Notes under the pieces: generated by a model
Databases searched by the model: none
What the model saw: only the letters and a program-made list of their open reading frames with translations
Told to the model about the DNA's origin: nothing
Made by a program: the position numbers and the translations under genes
Shown here: positions 12,122 through 23,683 of the stretch, one piece after another
Layout of the letters: each line of letters starts with the position of its first letter
Numbering within the stretch: position 1 is the stretch's first letter
NCBI GenBank assembly: GCA_047967505.1
Contig: CM106538.1
Source: Dipteris shenzhenensis
Taxonomy: Eukaryota
Length of the DNA stretch: 64,000 nucleotides
Reading direction: 5' to 3' (one strand)

Positions 12122-12900
12122 CTAAGTGCCCTTGGGCTTCCTAAGATGGACAATAAACTGCGTATCTTTCATAGTTACATTGACCCTTTTCCTATGGATT
12201 GCGGCTAGCTAGGTGTCATCCATGAGGTCTACTAGGTAGGCCTCAGTTGCATGCTGCAAGGCAAGTAAGGCATCTCTGGAAATACACCATGGACGCTTAT
12301 AATACCGGCAGATGGGGCTATTGTTGAGGTCCTACATGACCTCGTGTACCACCCTTGCAAAGCTTGCCATCGGGATGAGCAGATCGATAGATTTTTGAAA
12401 CTTTCTGATTTCCCAAAGTGCCATGGTCCCTAGCTTGAACATGTATCTCCTCACACTAGAGGAGGGCCTCTTTGCCCTTGACATGGAGGGCCTCTTCCTG
12501 CTCTTTGCCCTAGACTTGGAGGTGGGTTTCCTCTCCCTTGTGGGTGTGGACATTGATTCTCTACTCTTGACTCAATCCTCTACTCTTTCCTTCGCTATTG
12601 CTCTTCCTCGTACTCCTCCTCTGTGCTCTCTGAGTCATCGGCCTCTACATCATGATCCTCCTGTGCCTTCCTCTGTCCCTTTGTCTTCAGGCCTACCCCT
12701 TGTTCCCTCTCTTGCCTCCGAAAAGGCAGTTTCTCCCTTTGACAGGGATCATCGAGGGAGAGGAGGGGGGGATTTCACTCTCCCCTTCAACGGTGATCAT
12801 TAGGGGGAGAGGAGGGGGGGATATCACTCTCTATCTCTGAGTCTAGAGGTGGGAGTTGTTGTGCCAATCTCCTTGGTGCCTTGATCTTGGGCTTGGCCAT
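12122..12900 (-). pseudogene. Divergent histone H3 variant (CENH3-like features), apparently intronless, decayed
   Basis: The frame from 12553 reads ...RRYMFKLGTMALWEIRKFQKSIDLLIPMASFARVVHEVM*DLNNSPICRYYKRPWCISRDALLALQHATEAYLVDLMDDT*LAAIHRKRVNVTMKDTQFIVHLRKPKGT* (stop at 12122-12124). This is a complete H3 histone fold with two internal TAGs (12332, 12209). An upstream ATG at 12900 gives the H3-like start MAKPKIKAPRR, joined to the fold through frameshifts. Confidence 0.85.
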
Positions 12901-13020
12901 GGAGGATGGAGACAGTGTGCGAGAGAAAGGGTGAGGGTGCGAGAGAAAGGGTGGAAATGTCAAGGGCAAGTGGGTAGATGGTGTGGGAGTGGAGAGCTCT
13001 TCAAACAATGAAATGAAAAT

Positions 13021-13056
13021 GAGGGCCCATTCTTTTATATAGGGCCCAAAACCCTA
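13021..13056 (-). promoter_or_regulatory. Putative promoter of the H3-like gene: telo-box, site II motifs and TATA
   Basis: Minus strand reads TAGGGTTT-TGGGCC-CTATATAAAAG-AA-TGGGCC, 120-155 bp upstream of the ATG at 12900. Confidence 0.55.
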
Positions 13057-13374
13057 CTTTTTAAAAATACGTGTTTGAATAAAAACTCAAAATTTTAAAA
13101 TTGGTGCAACCTTGAGCTAAGTACTTATAATTAACATCCAATAACTCAAAAATTCTCATTTGAACTACAATTCATGGCCATTATACGTTGGCTATACTAC
13201 AAATCACATAACTAAAATTACAAAGAAATTTTGAAACTTATGCATGGGCATCCACATTGGAAGAGTCTACACCATCATTTTCATCTGTCTCCACCAATAT
13301 ATCCCTAGCCTATGATGGGTTGCACACCACCTTGCATGATTCTGTCTTGCATTTGATGAGTTGTATATTCTTCT

Positions 13375-15380
13375 TCAACGTCTCGCGTTAACATCTTGCA
13401 CTACATGGGACACTAAGGACTCTTTGAATGCTACTATTGTAGTTGCTCTTATTTTGATACGCATGTACCACCATTGAACCAATTGAACCATTGGGCTTAA
13501 CTTAGCTCTACCAACCCCGTGTTGGGTCGCGTTGTTATATGCACAATGTGCTTTCCAATGTGATCTTTCCATGCGGACCACAATGTGATGCTTCCATAAT
13601 TCCATGCCACGTATGGTGCATGAGCATATAAAATGTGCTGCCAAATAGAAAAACAAATTAGTAATTATAGGACCATTCAATATGCACATCTTAATGTCCA
13701 AGTTAGAGATTACCATGTACTGTGTGAAATGATTATTTCCCCAAGCAATCTCCATATTCTGGCTAAAGTCATTCACAGCATTAATGAAACACTGTGCATC
13801 ATCATCTTCAAATCTTTTATTTTGTAGTAAAGGTACCAAGCTATCAAGAGCTAACTGGACTCGAGCCTTTTCCAATCTTTTTTGCTCCTTCCCCCCTCAT
13901 TCATAACAGGCATTGTGTAACTTTCTCCATACATCAAACTCATTAGCACGTTCGAGCTTGTCATTCTTCTTCTTTGCAGAAAGGAATTTTAAAGCCTTGA
14001 CACCACCAAAATCTTGGCTTACAAGGAACAATGCCTGTTTTTCCATATCTTTTCTCATCTTTTGTAATCTTTACTTGCCCAAAGTGTAAGTCCCATATCT
14101 GAAAGAACCTTTTCAATTCTTGCAATCATCCTCTCACTCTCTTGTTGGGGCTTCAAGTTATATGCATCAATGATGTACAGATGCACCAACTTTTCAATTA
14201 TTCTCAAAATAGCATGAAGTGCATAAAGGTGTACTCTCTCAAGAGGAATTTTAAGAATTGGGCTCCATGATGGATCTTTCCCTTGGAACATTCATATCCG
14301 GTGCCTTAGTTTTGATCTATCTCTGTAAGTTCAAAGGCCCATTGCTTTTGATTCTTTTTACCACCCTTTGCAGGTACTCTTGTTTGCATGCAGAGTGGAC
14401 AAGAATGGATTGTATTTTCTCCATGTGCCACATGAAACATACATTTAATAATCTTGAGGTCAGCAGAGCTAGATGCCATTCTACACGGTAGGATCCACAG
14501 CCCTCAACTTCAAGCAGCTCACCATTGTTATGACCTTTGATCACACTTGGGATATCGATTTGATCAAAAAACCACTTCAAAATTGAATGTGACTCATTTG
14601 GCACCTACAAAAAAAACTCACAAGTTATTTCAAAATATTCTAATTCTTTTTACATTACTGCATTAATGTTCAAATTTTCATCATACCTCAAAGGAAGCCA
14701 CCATCAAATCTCCTGTTTTGATTACATACTGAATTGTCTTGCATCATCAAGCTCAACTTCAAGGTCCAATATTCTATTCATCATTGTCAAACTAACTCTT
14801 TCTAATTGTTTACCTTTGACCACCTCACTTTCATCAAGCTTTAGTACAATCTTCAGAGTACCATTGCATTCCTCCATAGCATATCATAAAACTTCACCAT
14901 GGCTTGCAAAACTCTTCGAACATCCATCATAAAGTTGTTGTTGACTGTCAATTCCAATTCTTTAGACTCTCTAGCCTTTGTTTTCAAAGTTAGTGTACTA
15001 CATACATGCTGGTGCTCACCGACTAAATCAAGTATGCCAAAATTAAGTACATGCCTGGCTTTATCAACATTAGCCGATTTAGGAATTGGGGCTTTAACAT
15101 TTGCTCCCACAGAAAGACATGTTGTTTTTAAGCTCTTAAATATGAGATGATATGCCCTTGTATTTATCCCTGCAATATCACAAAATCCATGTGTACTAGT
15201 TGCATTGAAATGCTCCAAAACTTTGCTCATTGACTCAGATGTTATCTCCGATTTTAGACTTTTTAATTTTGGATGTTGTGTAATAGTCTCCAACATTGTT
15301 TTTTTTAACACTTCACCGATAGCACCAAGGTGTTCATCATGGATAGACATGAGTTTTGAAACACTCCTACAAGCTCTCAC
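13375..15380 (-). pseudogene. RAG1/Transib-like DDE transposase, decayed, with at least 2 introns (14686-14605, 13713-13638); may extend 5' toward ~16250
   Basis: Motifs read by hand across frameshifts, in order: LKIVLKLDES (D at 14833-35); FE|VPNESHSIL; HLxADLKIIKCMFHVAHGENTIHSCPLC (D at 14459-61, CxxC at ~14390-14401); LHAILRIIEKLVH (~14211); GGVKALKFL; FTQYM|HILYAHAPYVAWNYGSITLWS..MERSH. Both GT-AG introns restore the frame. Confidence 0.75.
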
Positions 15381-16256
15381 TCGATGCTTCTAGTGACCAC
15401 TTTTCTTGGATATTTCATCCATTGGATGCAATTTCGTCTTACATAGTCTTGGACCCATTGGAGTATCCTTCATGAATGATAATAATTTTTCCAACTTTTT
15501 AATCTCATCCTTTAGAGCTGTGTTTTGCATCTATAAGTGAATTGCATTTATAGTGCTCTCTCCCAATTGAGCATCTAAGGTTTGAACCTTTACCTATAAT
15601 TCCTGATTTTTCTTCTCTATGCCATCATATGTAGACATTTGAACACTTGCAGCTTGCATAGATGTAACAAATGTTGATTCCAAGTCTCCAACATTACAAT
15701 CCTTTTGTCTCTTTCATTAAGCAAAGATTCATATTAGGGATGTGAAGGCTACTTGCTCCATGAGCAATCAACCTTTGACAATATCCTCACAAACCATTCT
15801 CACCCTAACATAGAAACTTTATTAAGCTAGTCAATCCATGGAATTGAGGAGTCTGACAAGTTTGTGGATCTACTAGATATATTTTCCCTTCTAACCACAA
15901 ATCCATATGTGTTTTTCCTTGATTTCAAAGAGCTACTAAATCATTTTCACTTGCTAAGGAGAATTCATTCCTCTTTAAAAATGGTGCATTCTGAGCATCA
16001 ATTTGAAAATTGATATCTACCTTTTTTTATTCTGAGAGCTTGCATGATTTCATACACTTTCCACCTAATATAATATAACATTGACATCAACAAAAAATAT
16101 ACAAACATGACATATTTCAAAAAAGTATCAAACCAAGCAAAAATGAAAACCCCAATTGCATGCAAAATCTAGCGATTGAAATCTACAAATTCAAAAAAAA
16201 ATTTACTTATCATCAAACATTGCTAAACTATATGAATGAACATTACCTCACAGGGA

Positions 16257-17064
16257 CCTTGAAGGAAAAATGTGATCAAACTTGTCTTCCTCACCGGTCC
16301 CTCTTATAATCAAGGATATTGAAGTTGATGGAATTTTCTCCAAAACTAATTATATGCTTTCAAACAACTCCAAATCTATTTCAAACCATCTTCTATTAAA
16401 AAACTCAATAGTAAGAGTGTTTCTTTTAAAACAAACAAATCTTTCTTCCTCTTCAAATCATGTATTAAAAGAAAACAACACAATTACCAAAACAAACTAT
16501 AAATTAACTGCTTCTTCAAGGTTACATCATAAAATCTTGTTATTTTCATTGTCTTGCATTGTTCTAAAGGTTTTGTCACCTAAATCTCCATGCAAGTTAC
16601 TTTGATAGACCCTGATTTGAGTTAAAAACCAAAAACATTCTAAAACTACAAGAATGAAAGTACCTGATTCTTGGAGCAAGGTCCTTTGAAAGAAAAATGT
16701 GATCAAACTTGCCCCTTCCAATGGTCCCTCTTGTGTTCAAGGAATGCTCAAGTTGATGGTTCTTGCTTCAAAACAAATTATATGCTCCCACACATCTCGA
16801 AATCTATTTCAAGCAATATTTTGTAGAAAAATATTGATATTAAGAGTGCAAAAGACTCAATTTTCTTACAAAACGAACAAATCTTTCAATTTTCTCAAAC
16901 CATGTAATAAAAGAAAACTACACAACTATACAAAATGAACTATGAACTAACTGTTTCTTCAAAGTTACATCATTAACAAACAAATCTTGTCATAATCGTT
17001 GAGTTGCATTGTTCTGAAGATTATCTCACTTGAACCTCCATACAAGCTGTCTCAATAGACCTCA
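16257..17064. repeat. Diverged tandem duplication, ~430 bp unit x2
   Basis: TTGAA.GAAAAATGTGATCAAACTTG...GGTCCCTCTT...AAGTTGATGG...AATTATATGCT...AATCTATTTCAA...TAAAAGAAAAC...TTCTTCAA.GTTACATCAT...TGCATTGTTCT...ATAGACC begins at ~16260 and again at ~16687. Confidence 0.8.
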
Positions 17065-19998
17065 TGTTAGATATCAATGCTCCACTCTCGTGTAACTATG
17101 AGGGAACTAGCTAACTCTACTTATAAGCCCCCCATATAAGGAGAAGGCATTTGAGTAGCTCGGTTATTCGGTAGGTCTTGGTTTGGACACTAGATGGGGG
17201 CCATGTGTGGCCTGATGGCTGGACGAAGTTGGCACATTGCCAACTAGACTACATGCAAGTGCAGGAGAAGGCATCCCATGACTAACCGCATTGAGGTAAG
17301 ACGGAGCTTTTCCCGAGGCAGCCCACTCTTGCGTTACGGGGCTCGTTTGGAGTCCCAGATGATCTCGAATGGCTCTATTTTGTGCACCGATTCTATCGTG
17401 TGTTCAGTGGCCTATTTCGAGACCGACCCCCAGTCGACCAGACGGAGGTGGAGAGTTCACATCAAGTGAATTCAAAAGTTACTACAAAAGTCATGGGATC
17501 AAGAGGCAGAAACCCCCACCACATACATCACAGCAAAATGTAGTAGTAGAGCACAAGATGTGCGTCATCTGCGAAATGGGCAGGAGTATGATGAAAGGGA
17601 AAGATTCGCTAAAGACTTTTTGGGCTGAAGCATGTAACATGGCAGTTTACATTCTGAATCGTAGCTACATGACGGCTGTGAACGGGATGACTCCACTGTA
17701 GGCCTTTTCTAGTAAGAAACCTTCAACTGCACATTTCAGAGTTTTTGGATGTGACTGTTTTGTGCATGTCCCTAATGCTAATAGAACCAAATGGGAACCG
17801 AAGAGACGGAAATGTATTTTCTTGGGCTACAGTGAAGAGGCGAAGGGTTATCGTCTCTATAATCCTGTTACGAAGAAGGTAATAGTAAGTCGTGATGTGG
17901 TCTTCTCAGAACAGTCGCATCAAATGGGGGAAGATGCTTCCTTCCCAGACAACCAGGACCATGTTGGATAAGTATCAGCTCACGGCAAAAGGATTCACAC
18001 AGGTACATGGTTTTGATTATCAGGATACTTTTGCTCCCACAACTCGACTAACCACAATTCGCAGTCTTTTGGCTTTAGCTACCCAGGGAAGTTGGCCCGT
18101 GTTTCAGATGGATGTAAAATCCGCCTTTCTGAATGGAGATCTCGAGGAGGAGGTATACGTGGAACAACCTCCAAGTTTTGTGATCCCCGATTCAGAAGGT
18201 AAAGTCTATAAACTGAAGAAGGCACTTTACGGGCTGAAACAGGCCCCACCAGTGTGGTACCAGGGGATTGATGCCTATCTTCTACAAAACGGGTTCAGGA
18301 GGAGCCCATCTGATGCAAATTTGTATATCCTCAGAGAAGGAGGCAGATGTATGATCATGGTCCTTTATGTGGATGACCTTGTCATAACAGGGAATAATGA
18401 AGAGAAGATCTCACAGACAAAGCATTTGCTAGGAAGAGAGTTTGAAATGATAGACCTTGGACTAATGCATTTCTATTTGGGGATTGAAGTTTGGCAAGAG
18501 CCAAAATAGATCATCTCATAGCTGAAGTATGCTGGAGAGATACTGAAGGCATTTGGCATGGCTGAGTGCAAGACAATCGGCACCCCCATGGAGGTTGACG
18601 TGAAGCTCTCAAATGAGGATTCATCACCACTAGTGGACCAAGCGAAGTACAGAAGGCTTGTGGGCAGTTTGATTTACTTGTGCAACACGCGGTCGGACAT
18701 CAGCTTTGCAATTGGTGTACTAAGTAGGTTTTCCAATAAGCCCCGGGAGAACCATTGGAGGGCAGGGATGCCGGTGCTAAAATACATCAAAGGCACACCT
18801 ATACCAAGGGCAACACCTATACCAAGGGCAACATCTTGACCGGATTCTATGACTCGGATTGAGCAGGAGACGTGGACAGCAGGAGATCAGTGACAGGTTA
18901 CTGTTTCTCACTTGCGTATGGAGCTGTGTCATGGGTCAGCAAGAAGCAACCCACACTTGCTCTCTCTTCTACCGAGGCTAAGTACAAATCAGCATGTTTT
19001 GCTTCTTGTGAGGCAGTGTGGTTGAGGAGGATTTTGGGGGACATGGGTGCAGTGCAGAACAAGCCTATGCAATTATCATGTGACAATCGGAGTTGCATGG
19101 CGATTGCAAAGAACCCTATGTTCCACACTCGCACAAAACACATTGAGATTCAATATCACTTTGTACGCGAGCTCATCATGGATGGAGAGGTCAACTTGGT
19201 GTATTGTCTAACTGTAGAGAATGCTGCGAACATCTTCATGAAGGCTCTTGGAGGAGACTTGCTAGAGAGGTATCTTCATAGACTTGGCATTGGCCCGAAA
19301 AAGTAAGTTCACTTGCAGGTGGACATTGAGGGGGGGTGTTAGATATCAATGCTCCACTCTCATGTAACTATGCGGGAACCAGCTAACTCTACTTGTAAGC
19401 CCCCCATATGAGGAGAAGGCATTTGAGTAGCTCGGTTATCCGGTAGGTCTTGGTTTGGACACCAGATGGGGGCCATGTGTGGCCTGATGGATGGATAGAG
19501 TTGGTACACTGCCAACTAGGCTACATGCAAGTGCGGAAAAGCATCCCATGACTGACCACACTGAGGGTAGATGGAGCCTTGAGGTAGCCCACTCTTAGGT
19601 TGTGGGGCCCATTTGGAGCCCCGGATGATCCCAGATGGTTGTGGGCTGGTGGCCTATTTCGGGACCGACCCCCAGTCGGCCGTTTTGGGTGGACTGGGTC
19701 AGTCACCCAATTGAGTCTAACTGACTACGAGTGGTGGCTATATAAGAGCAAGCCCGTGAAGCCCATCATCATCACTAGTTATAGCAACCCTGATTCCTTA
19801 GCATCCAGCCTCCGTCCTCTACTGGTTCTAGCATGCCATCGAAGCTTCTCTCACAGGAGCGCGCAGCTGGGAGGCACGACGCCATCTATTGTATTAGTTT
19901 TACAGTAAATAAATTTCTGATTCTCCATACTATTTGCTTTTCTCTCTTGCATACGATATCCTATTATCTATTGAGCACAAACATATTATTTTCTTACA
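17065..19998 (+). mobile_element. Ty1/Copia LTR retrotransposon (family A), internally deleted
   Basis: TG...CA ends, 5-bp TSD CCTCA (17060-64 and 19999-20003), 3' LTR 19337-19998 after the PPT GAGGGGGG. The 5' LTR is truncated at ~17440 and fused to integrase (GGEFTS). RT motifs QMDVKSAFLNG and LYVDDL, RNase H motif [13 protein letters not shown]. Gag and protease are missing. Confidence 0.93.
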
Positions 19999-21257
19999 CC
20001 TCAAACCTTCACAAATGGTTCGAAATCATAAACCCTTAGAGATTGTAATAGGGAAAGAGACTAGTATTGAGAGATGGGCAAAAGAAAGATTGATTTTCAT
20101 GCATCAGCAACTGTAATGCCTGAAAGTCAATCTTCTTTGATCCTTTCTCAAATAATATCGTCCAATAGCTTCTTCTAAGCTCCAAACACCCTGCATCATT
20201 CATGGTTCTCTCAAAACATTGATTGCCTTGTCTTCTTAAATGAAATGATTTTAGATCGTGGGATAATCTCATATGAGAGAGGAAGTAGCAAGATTTGAAG
20301 TAGAAGCACCCAAAATAGAGAAAGAAGAAGGTAGGCTGAATCTCATTCACAAATCTTGAAAGTTTTGAAAGAATGAGAGTGAAATGGGATGGAAATGCAC
20401 GTAGAGAAGAGAAGTGACAAGATTTTGGTGTGAGAGTCCATTCCATGAGAGGGAGAGTAGAGAAAGAAGCTTCCCACTTCAAAGCAAGCAAGAAATTTGA
20501 AAAGAGGGTTAGAGCAAAGAAAAATTCAAAATGATGCTCAAAAATGAGAGGGAAGGAAGAGGAATGAGAGAGAATGAAAGGAGTGTGGTAGTTGGATGGG
20601 AGGATTTGGTTTCAGGTCAAATGGTACAAGTTTGGTTGAGAAATTGGTTTCTCAGTTTTGTTACAGTTAAGGGAGAGTTGAGGCAGCAAGTGGGTGCTCC
20701 ACATCATTGTTTGGGCCATCGAATAAAAGAAATAGAGAAGTCAAGCCACTTTCAATATTCTATTGCCCTCCACTAGCTAATATCTATTAGGTTTTATTCA
20801 CCTTATTCTTCCATTTGACCAGCTCAAGGGCTCCTTTTTTAGTCCAATTTTTTTGTAATGCCAACCCCATTACCCTTACATCTACACAAGAACCATTTAT
20901 TAAGTTCAACTGACAGTGGCCCCCACTCTAACATTGTAGGGAGCCACTTGCACAATAGAGCCATTCATCTCACCTATAGATCAGGGACACAGTAGAGACA
21001 TCAATCAAGGATACCAAGGCCCCCCACCTTTTGGCACCCAAAATGCTTCTTCATATTGATGGACTCCCAAAACTCACATGTACTTGCGTTCAATCTTAGT
21101 TTTCCTATAGCATTCCAATATTTGCACTAGCTTATTCTCTAAGATGAAAGAAAATACCCAACCCAGCAACATAGCAAGTGTTTGAAGAGGAAGGAACTGA
21201 CAATTATCAATGTATACAAGTGCTTGAGTCATCATCAAGATGATATCATTGTGGTGG

Positions 21258-21480
21258 GTAGAATTTTGTGTGCCAAAAACTTTGGTGTTTGATGGGAATA
21301 ACTTCCACATCTAGAATCTCTTTGTGGGAAGGAAGTTAAATGCACATGTTGATAGAAAAGTAGAATTTTGTGTGCCAAAAAATTTGGTGTTTGATGGGAA
21401 TAAATTCTACATCTAGAAATGCCCCATAAAAAATCTCCTTGTGGGAAGGAAGTTAAATGCACATGTTGATAGAAAAGTGC
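21258..21480 (+). repeat. Tandem duplication, ~102 bp x2
   Basis: GTAGAATTTTGTGTGCCAAAAA.TTTGGTGTTTGATGGGAATAA...TTGTGGGAAGGAAGTTAAATGCACATGTTGATAGAAAAGT occurs twice. Confidence 0.85.
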
Positions 21481-23029
21481 AAATCTCTAGCATAAAGTGC
21501 CACCAAGCATAGAGGTATGCCTATGATGAGAGGAATACCAAAGAAATGGACATTTTTAAGACATGTGTAAAGAGCATGGCATTTGGACAAATGATGGACT
21601 TGATAGAATCATATGAGTTGTGGACTTTGTTGACGTCCATTTGTGAGGGAAAAACATTGGTGACACATCTTAATCTGAAGACATAGTTGTCAACTCCCCA
21701 AAAGAGAGATGGATCATCTAGAAAGGCTAAATATCATTTAGAGCTTCAAGTATTGAAGGCCATCAATAGAAAGCCATGTGGAATTGAATGAATATAGTTT
21801 TCCCGATAATGAAGTTTCTCCATTTTCACTCTTTCTTATTCTTTAGAAATTGATGTTGGAATCTTTGATCATTCAATCTGACAATGCAATAGGAATCTTT
21901 ATAACACCAGATACAACGTGCCTAAAGTCGATTCTCTCATGAAGGTCTAAAACACTTGGTTGTAGAACATAGATAGACCACAAAGTTTAGAGAAGGGAGT
22001 CATGGTCCCATTCCTCCATTCATTGTAATTTGATAGAGAATCTGCTTAAAATTTGATCAATGTGATTGTGTGTGTGAGAAAAATATGATTATAATTTTTT
22101 GCTTTTCTCCACAAACAGACATAGGTAAGCCAATACCACTTTATTTTCATTCTCTCTAACTGTATTTCTAGTTACATATGTAGAGCAAGTGGCAAAGGCC
22201 TTGAATGCTTTGACAAAAGTTCATTCATTACTATTAGTGTTAGGTTGGGATCATTTCTCATTTTTCAAAATTGTCACAAATACCTTTGCTATTAAGGTTG
22301 CATCATACACCATGGCAACCTACCATATGGTAATGTATGAAATTATCCCCTTTTAACTCTAGTGGAAGACATTGAAAATGTGAGAGATAAGTATTCTTTT
22401 GGTAAATATGATCAATAATAATTGTCATATACCTATCATCATGCTCATAGCTTTTCTTCCTATGATTTTCCATCTTTTGTCTTTTTGTTTCTTGTATTTC
22501 TCAATGTGTTTGTAGAACTTTGATTGCCATATCTACAAATTGCATCAAAGAAAGTGTATAAGCATCTTCCATGAAGGTAAATTGGTAGTTCATAAATTAC
22601 CTTCTATTAAACACACTTACCATTCTCTTTGCCTTCAAACTTGCCATCACGACTTCAAATCTACACAAGCCACACGTGCACCAATTTTTCGCTAAAACAC
22701 TCAGATTCCCCAGGTTGCACTATGGATGAACCTGATGACATCCATTGCAGTATGGCAAGATTGCATTGATGCATAAATTTCCTCTTATTGAGGAATGATC
22801 TGCTGATCTGAGGTGGTGGTGATAATTGGATCCAAGTATGATGCAATGCAGCATGACTAAGATGATGTTGGAATGTCCTACAAACTGATCTGTTGATCTG
22901 AACTACTTGTGGAAACCATGTCCAAAGATGTGATGTGCTTTTTTCTGGGGAGGTAACTCCAAAATTTCTAAGGTATGGTGGTCTCATTAATGTGCATTTT
23001 TTGTGGGGAGGTAACTCCAAAATTTCTAA

Positions 23030-23400
23030 GGTATTGGTGGTCTTATTGCACTAAGCCTAAGAAAGAAGGAGGTTTAGGGGTCACTAAAATTGCTATTGCA
23101 TCTACAAAACTATTTGCAACTTGGTTTATCAAAGCTATTTTAAATCCAAAGTGTGATTGGGCTCAATTTTAGATGAGAAACATGAAGCAGCTCTGAAAAA
23201 TTAGAGCCCCCAAGTGGGTTGCCTCAAGTTAGGAGTAGTAGTTGCCAATCTAGCTTCACAAGCCATAAGTGGCAATCTATCTTACATGCTAGTATCCACA
23301 CAAGGAGTTCTAGCCTAGGAGCCTGCAACACTAGTACTTCCGTCACCGTGTATGCTTATAGACTTACTCCACTTATACCTTGGCTTTCCCAAATTAATCT
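23030..23400 (+). mobile_element. L1-type LINE ORF2 fragment
   Basis: WSYCTKPKKEGGLGV...KLFATWFIK...W matches the post-RT W..C.PK.EGGLG motif of plant L1 ORF2. Confidence 0.6.
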
Positions 23401-23409
23401 TCTTCGTAT

Positions 23410-23683
23410 TTTCCAGAAGCTTGCATCTTCTTTGTCAAGGTGCGAGCTACTGCAATAGCTCTTGGGGCCGTACAATGTTGAATGCTCTTTCTTAAGTCAC
23501 CAAGCAAGTGGCCCCTTATGTGAGGTGCTCCCCCAAATTTTTGTATTCCACAATACTTGCATTTCCACTCAACATAGTCATGAATATTAATAACAAAGTC
23601 CCACTTTGGACCATGTGACTTACGCTTTTCCCCCTGTGCATGTGGAACAACTCTTTGAGAAGATTGTGACACCCGCATAAATC
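23410..23683 (-). pseudogene. BED zinc-finger fragment of a hAT-like transposase (3' piece of a sequence split by Copia insertions)
   Basis: GPKWDFV...WKCKYCGIQKFGGAPHIRGHLLG...IQHC fits the BED pattern W...CxxC...GG..R...HL...C. Upstream pieces lie at 29262-29538 and from 34587. Confidence 0.7.

Larger units (their letters stand above)
7610..20860 (-). mobile_element. Putative TIR DNA transposon (RAG1/Transib-like transposase; CACTA-like termini), decayed, with H3-like and SWIM cargo genes and a nested Copia
   Basis: Left end 7610-7644 is CATTACAAAAAAATTAGCCTAAAAAAGGGGCCCTT. The reverse complement of the right end 20826-20860 is CATTACAAAAAAATTGGACTAAAAAAGGAGCCCTT (32/35 identical). A DDE transposase relic lies inside. 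No clean TSD was found. Confidence 0.7.

Noticed and set aside
12122-12553. Calling the H3-like sequence the functional host CENH3 gene
   Set aside because: It has two in-frame stops, a frameshifted tail, no introns and mixed diagnostic residues, so no gene symbol was assigned.
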